Sequence record: LR535908.1
Direction: 5' to 3' (one strand)
DNA: 64,000 nt
The first letter of the stretch is position 1; every line of letters begins with the position of its first letter. The translations under genes were made by a program, and so were the position numbers. The notes under the pieces are model-generated. The model saw nothing but the letters and a program-made list of their open reading frames with translations. It made no database searches and was not told the origin of the DNA. Shown here one piece after another: positions 59,000 through 64,000 of the stretch.

Positions 59000-60439
59000 G
59001 CCACCCGACAAGACATCGTTAACGTCACTTAACGGTGAACTGGACGGCTTTAAGTAGAGTTTAATGCTGCCGAAGACAGTCGACTTCCAACCCATTGCGG
59101 CTACCGCTGAAATGTATACTACCGATTTCGAACCGGTAGTTGTTACTTCAGAAAACAGTTTCGCACTGCATCCGCCTGCCAGCGTGTCCGCAGAAAACAC
59201 GTTTAGTCTCAAGCCGTTGGTGCTCGGTAATCCAGATACCACAGTTACCTTGGGTTTAGAAGATATCCATGGTGCGGTAGATTACAGTCTCCAACCGTGA
59301 AAATCATCGAGCGCAGGCAACTACTACTGGTTCCCGGTGCTAGAGTTGGTGGATAAGTCCACCAACGTCGCCAATCATCGCATGGCGACGTTGTCTGGAG
59401 CCAGTTGGACAAACTTAGGGTGGGACAAACCGATTAACAGTTACTGGACGCTGTTCTGTTTATTGAAAGATACACTGAAAACTGCCGCTGAGTTAGCAGG
59501 TAGTGAGTTTGAGATGTTCAACTTTCTGTATAATGGAACGTTTTACTTCCGCGTTCGTCTACCTAGTGCCGGGAAAGACCCATACGTCAGCGGCACCCCT
59601 GCGGCGACGCCCGTTAACCAGGGACGCATCATTAGCTTTACAGGCGCAGACAACAAAAGCTGGAATACGTTATATACAAACGGACTCGTTTACGGAACAG
59701 ACGATAATGGTAAATACCCGTTCTTTTACCAGGGTAGGGTTATTTACCTCCCGATTAGTCCTGTCGCTAGCTCCATCTCTGCCACTATATCGGCCGGTGC
59801 GTTACCACCGGTACATTCTGGTGCCGAAGGTTGGTACAACGCGGGTTATTTCGGAACAACCACAATTGCAGAGTTGTTTACACACTCTCAACTTCTTAAT
59901 GGTGCAATTTACCCCGATTCTGGACCTGGCCCTAAAACGTTGCTGCAAGGTAACACTATTATCTCAGGTAATTGCCCTGCGTTTACAGGCAGCTTAACGA
60001 TACGTTATACCGTCCCGAGGCAGTCACCTGACGCAAGTTTACCTAAACCGAGCGCTTCGCCGCAGACGTTGAAATTAAAACGAGACGCGCTACCTGCAAT
60101 AAACGACGCATTGGGGCTTACATTAGTTGCTTCTGATTTCCTGGCCACTTTATTTAATTTTGTGCCGACTGTGGCTATCAAAGATACAGTCTTAACGGTC
60201 ACCGGGTATCCAGGGACAGGTGTACAAGGTAATGTTACCGTGTACTACGACCGGATTAATGCTTTAACCAGCGGCCCAACTTCAGTTACGTTAAACCAGC
60301 GTAACACCAAAGCTGTTTTATACGACCAAGTCAATCGGGATAATCCTGATTTAGTTGTTAAGCTGACGCCGGCTATCGCCATCTTTTGGCGATGCGGAGT
60401 CCCTATGCTATTTTACTCGAAGGAGTCGGCACTGCTTGT
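59000..60439 (+). CDS. Virion structural paralog, type A, copy 1 (track ORFs 59064 and 59337 are one gene)
   Basis: ATG 60405 MLFYSKESALLVYDQVNRDNP...RNT...YYDRI...YPDSGPGPK...SLNGELDGFK*. Confidence 0.75.
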
Positions 60440-60499
60440 GCGTGAAAGGCGTGGCGTACTACCACTATAACAGCTAAGTGTAGGGGCTCTTCGGAGCCC
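60380..60499 (+). terminator. Intrinsic terminator split across a junction
   Basis: GGGGCTC-TTCG-GAGCCCC followed by ATCTTTT from block 60380. Confidence 0.7.
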
Positions 60500-61339
60500 C
60501 TCAGTTCGCTAACAAATCGTACGACCGCGTGGTTATCCAAACGGGCATCGATGAGGAAGTTCCGAACTACGCGGGGCCACTGAACAGTAACACCGTTCAG
60601 GATGTGCCGACTTCCACCGTAGATGCTTCTGGCCTACCGCAGTGGGCTGGTTTGCGTAAGGTGTTGGATGACCTGGGTAAGTGTATTGATTTGTTGACGT
60701 ACGGTATTGACTTTACCGCGTATAAAAACCTACTGACAGCGGTGAAATCAGATGTCTTGAATGCGATTCAAGAGCCTATTTCACCGTCTCTCGGTAAGAC
60801 GGCTTATATCGGTTCTGCGACGTTGCGTTATAACCGTGGTTTACCGGTACTAGACACTTTTGGTGCCAATACCCCAAATTACACCAATACACAGACCATT
60901 GCAGCGCTATCGACATCTCTGCTCTTGGATACTTACGGAGTAAACTTCTCCGCAATCGATATCCAAAACTACTCACTGTCTTCTGTCCAGGCGCAGTTCG
61001 TCACGTTTGACGCGCCCAACCTCCACTCAGCCTTTTCGGGAGACGCAATCACCGTTTACTACGACCGTGTGAACTTAGCGCGGTTATTGCCGTGGGGTCC
61101 AGCTTCCAACAACCGCAATACGTCGGCACGCTTGCGCGGTATTCAGGGTTCCGGATTTCCTATTAAAGCGTCGCCGGCAAACTGCTACGTGGAGAAAGTG
61201 ACGCAGGTTCCCGTTAATGATGCTAAGCCGTCAAACGAGTTGGTCTTTGACCTCATTAACCGGGATAACCCAAACCTACCGTTGTATCTCCAGTTCAACG
61301 ATCTGGACGATCCAAGCGAGGTATAATTGATGATCAACT
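60440..61339 (+). CDS. Virion protein of the INRDNP/RNT/YDR paralog family (~285 aa)
   Basis: MINSNELVFDLINRDNPNL...NRNTSARL...VYYDRVNL; stop 60475-60477. Confidence 0.7.
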
Positions 61340-62239
61340 CGAAGTACAAGTATGCGCTGGTGTTGAAACTGCCTGTTACCTGTACCACCATCGTCGGAAT
61401 GGCGGGCGCGGAGGTTATCAGCGTTGGTCTGAATGACCCTGTTGCAATGCCGACAAACGACCTGCTGAAAGATATCACGGGTACTGCATGGGTAGCGACC
61501 ACCTCCGCTTCCTACGGTTATGAGTTGCTGGCATACGTGCCGGGTATTCTGTCCGGACAGCCGTTAACGGATATGGTTACCGTTACTGCGGTCATTGCAG
61601 AGGTTTATTCCTACCCGTACAACTTCACCAAATACCGTGCGGTCACCACTAACGTCCTGACCGGTCTGAAATACCCGAACGGTCAGATGGGTTCCGAAAT
61701 CGGTTGGGTTGGACAGGCGACATTTAAAGTCGTGAAAGGCGATGAGTCGTTAGTCTCTGTCGAATGGAACGGTGATAAGACCGAAGGAACTGTGCGTGTT
61801 GTTGCACATCCTGAGTCTACTGGACTGAACCAACGTTACGGTTTTGTTCTGGAAGAAGCTGACCTGCAGGACGCAGATATGTTGATTGGTGACACGTTGG
61901 CGATCGGCCCATCCAACGAAACCTTGTATGCGGCCATTCCTACCTGGTCGGGTAAGAAAAATGTCTTCTACAACCGCATGAAAGTCGAAGACTTGTTAGA
62001 GGAAACGCTGACTAACCGTAACACGCAAATTAAAATTACGGCAGATGGGGTAACGGGCTTTGCTGTTAAGATGACTGACATCATCTGGTCCTCGCCAAAG
62101 GACATCCGTGGTACGGAGATGGCTATTTATCAACCTTCTAAAGACGTCCTGTTGGCAGCAGTGAACGCACAGAACTCGCGAACGACCCGAAAGTAATCGG
62201 CGAGTGTATGTTGCACTACAACAACTAGGAATTAGCGAA
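61280..62239 (+). CDS. Virion protein of the same paralog family (~295 aa)
   Basis: ATG split by a junction (A 62239 + TG 62120-62121): MAIYQPSKDVLLAAVNAQNSL...NRNTQIKI...WSGKKNVFYNRM. Confidence 0.7.
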
Positions 62240-63079
62240 GAGTGAGTTGGCGACCGCCAATAAAGCGTACGATAACGTATTGCTGATTACCGGCATTCAG
62301 GTCGCACGTGGGGTACCGTCGTTTGATCCGACGAACTGCACAATTACCCGCTACAAAACGCGAATGGACGTAGGAAGTAACTTTGATTTGGGTTACACGT
62401 CCAATCTGATGGCCACATTCTTGACGTACGGGGAAGACTTTACCGATGAAGTGCAGGTTATGGCCTCGTTTAAGAACGGCATCTTGTCGGCTTTGAACCA
62501 CCCTGCAGCAGCAAGCACTGGTAAGAAATACATGGGCTTCAGCATCACCTTTATGTCTATCCGGGGCAAGAATAGTCTCGAAGACCTCGTGGTAAACGAC
62601 GTTTATCTGAACGTAAACAACACGATGCGTATTAACGCTAGCTGTATCCAATACACTGGGCAGAACCTGAACGGTCGTTATGGATTAAACCTGGTTGCAG
62701 ACGATATCCCAGAACAATAGGTAACTGCACCGAATGCCTACGGTTGGTTGAACGTGGAGTCGAAACGTACTGCGTTTGCTCAGACGTTCCGTTATAAGCG
62801 CTTGTCGCTGAACGACTTATTTAAGAACATGACACCTCAAAGCGGTGCCAATACTGAGATTATCATTCGTGGTCGTCAAGGTCGTGGCTATATCGGTCCT
62901 CTACCGATGGGTTTAGACAATGCTATCATCGGTACGCCGAAAGCAATCACACCGACAGCTAGTCTGTCTCAGCGACAATATCTGTACGATGCGATTAATG
63001 CCGAAAACCCGGATGCTGTGAAATCCTCCTCCTGGCTACTCCTTTCTTTTTTGGCCGAGGAGGCTATTATGGCTTTATA
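62180..63079 (+). CDS. Virion protein of the same paralog family (~280 aa; track ORFs 62247 and 62748 are one gene)
   Basis: RBS GAGGAGG + ATG 63069 MALYSLSQRQYLYDAINAENPD...ANTEIIIRGRQGRGYIG...YKRL. Confidence 0.7.
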
Positions 63080-63139
63080 CAACTTCCAGGGCGTCATGTA
63101 CCTGCACTTTAATGCCTAATTAGGCCTCGCTGGGAGGAG
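63020..63139 (+). terminator. Intrinsic terminator split across a junction
   Basis: Joining 63139 to 63020 gives GGGAGGAGG-AAAT-CCTCCTCCT followed by CCTTTCTTTTTT. Confidence 0.7.
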
Positions 63140-64000
63140 AGGTGCAAACACTGCTTACAACCAGGTTCTGCTGCTGCAGCTGGATGACACTCTGTGCACC
63201 GTTGGTTCTACTACTGATGATGGCACTGCTTCAGGCGACGATCCTAAGAAACCGGTTGAACTGTGGGTTGCATCTGATGAGCCTGCGGATTATAACCTGA
63301 AAGGTGCTAACGTGTTGTAGAAAGGTGTTATCGCTGGCGACTCTGCATTCCCGGTTGAGCTGAATAAAGTTGTGCCGGACTACATCTACTCTTACGGTGT
63401 AGACTGCACAGCAATCGCAGCATTCCTGAAAGTACAGGCACAAACCAAGCTCGACGGCCTGGTTTACCCAGATGGTCCAAGCGAAGCGAAGGGTCAGGGC
63501 ATCCCGGTTAAAATCGGTGCTAAGCCTCAGGTTGGTGAACGTCTGAGTCTGGTGGTAACCCCAGCACCGGTTGACCATGTCATTACCTTCAAAGAAGACT
63601 GCTACGCTTATCTGGGCAGCGTTCCGGCGGCTATTCCGGAAAATACCAACCCGCCGCTGACTAACCCGAACGATCCGGACACAGACCTGCTGACGACCCT
63701 GAACACCCAATACGGATTGAAGCTGACCGAAGACGATATAGGCAGTGCGCTGTTCCGTAATGTAACAGCATACCTCGACGTTAAACTGCCGAAAACCACG
63801 ACTGCGAAAAAGAACTCCGGGTACATCGGTACTCAGGACGTGACTTATAATCGCCTGGAGCTCGGCACACCGACCCCTATTAGCGATGAAGGTGCCGATC
63901 GCAATACCAGCATGACCCTGGTTCTGGATTTTATTAATGAGAAAAACCCAGACGCAGAACTGGAACTTTCTAAAATAACTGATTAATCCTGAGTAAAGGA
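63080..64000 (+). CDS. Virion protein of the same paralog family (start just outside the window)
   Basis: VLDFINEKNPDAEL...LGTPTPISDEGADRNTSM...GYIGTQDVTYNRL; RBS AAGGA at the window end; stop 63117-63119. Confidence 0.7.

Noticed and set aside
1-64000. tRNA, rRNA, transposase or integrase genes
   Set aside because: None recognised by eye in either order. tRNAscan-SE on the reordered sequence would be the proper test, because junctions would break tRNA genes in the supplied order.

Overview
About 64 kb of a phiKZ-like jumbo phage genome (Chimalliviridae-type gene content; Enterobacterales host inferred). The key technical observation is that the window is not in native order. It consists of 60-nt blocks starting at positions 20, 80, 140 and so on (20 mod 60). 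Each block is intact, but the blocks are in reversed order. Because 60 is a multiple of 3, ORFs stay open, but every ORF-track protein is a chimera of 20-aa pieces in reverse order, and several genes are falsely split or fused. I re-joined the blocks by hand. Each feature is given as the span of blocks it occupies. For + genes the start codon is in the right-most block; for - genes it is in the left-most block. After reordering, the window contains: RNase HI; a DEDDh exonuclease; a possible spanin pair; an SLT transglycosylase; a GH108 endolysin; an 836-aa SbcC/Rad50-like ATPase; four tandem exported Cys-containing paralogs; a central spike; a DUF1471-like protein; four paralogous tail fibres; and a large array of virion-protein paralogs including an (A-B-C)x3 cassette. 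The biological highlight is a RiPP-like module inside the tail-fibre operon (37700-43099). It has three CXXX-repeat Cys/Ser/Gly-rich peptides with a shared leader, two radical SAM enzymes (one with SPASM), two unknown proteins and a DUF4376-type fibre-assembly protein. No tRNA, rRNA, CRISPR array or mobile element was seen. All family assignments come from motif recognition, not database searches.
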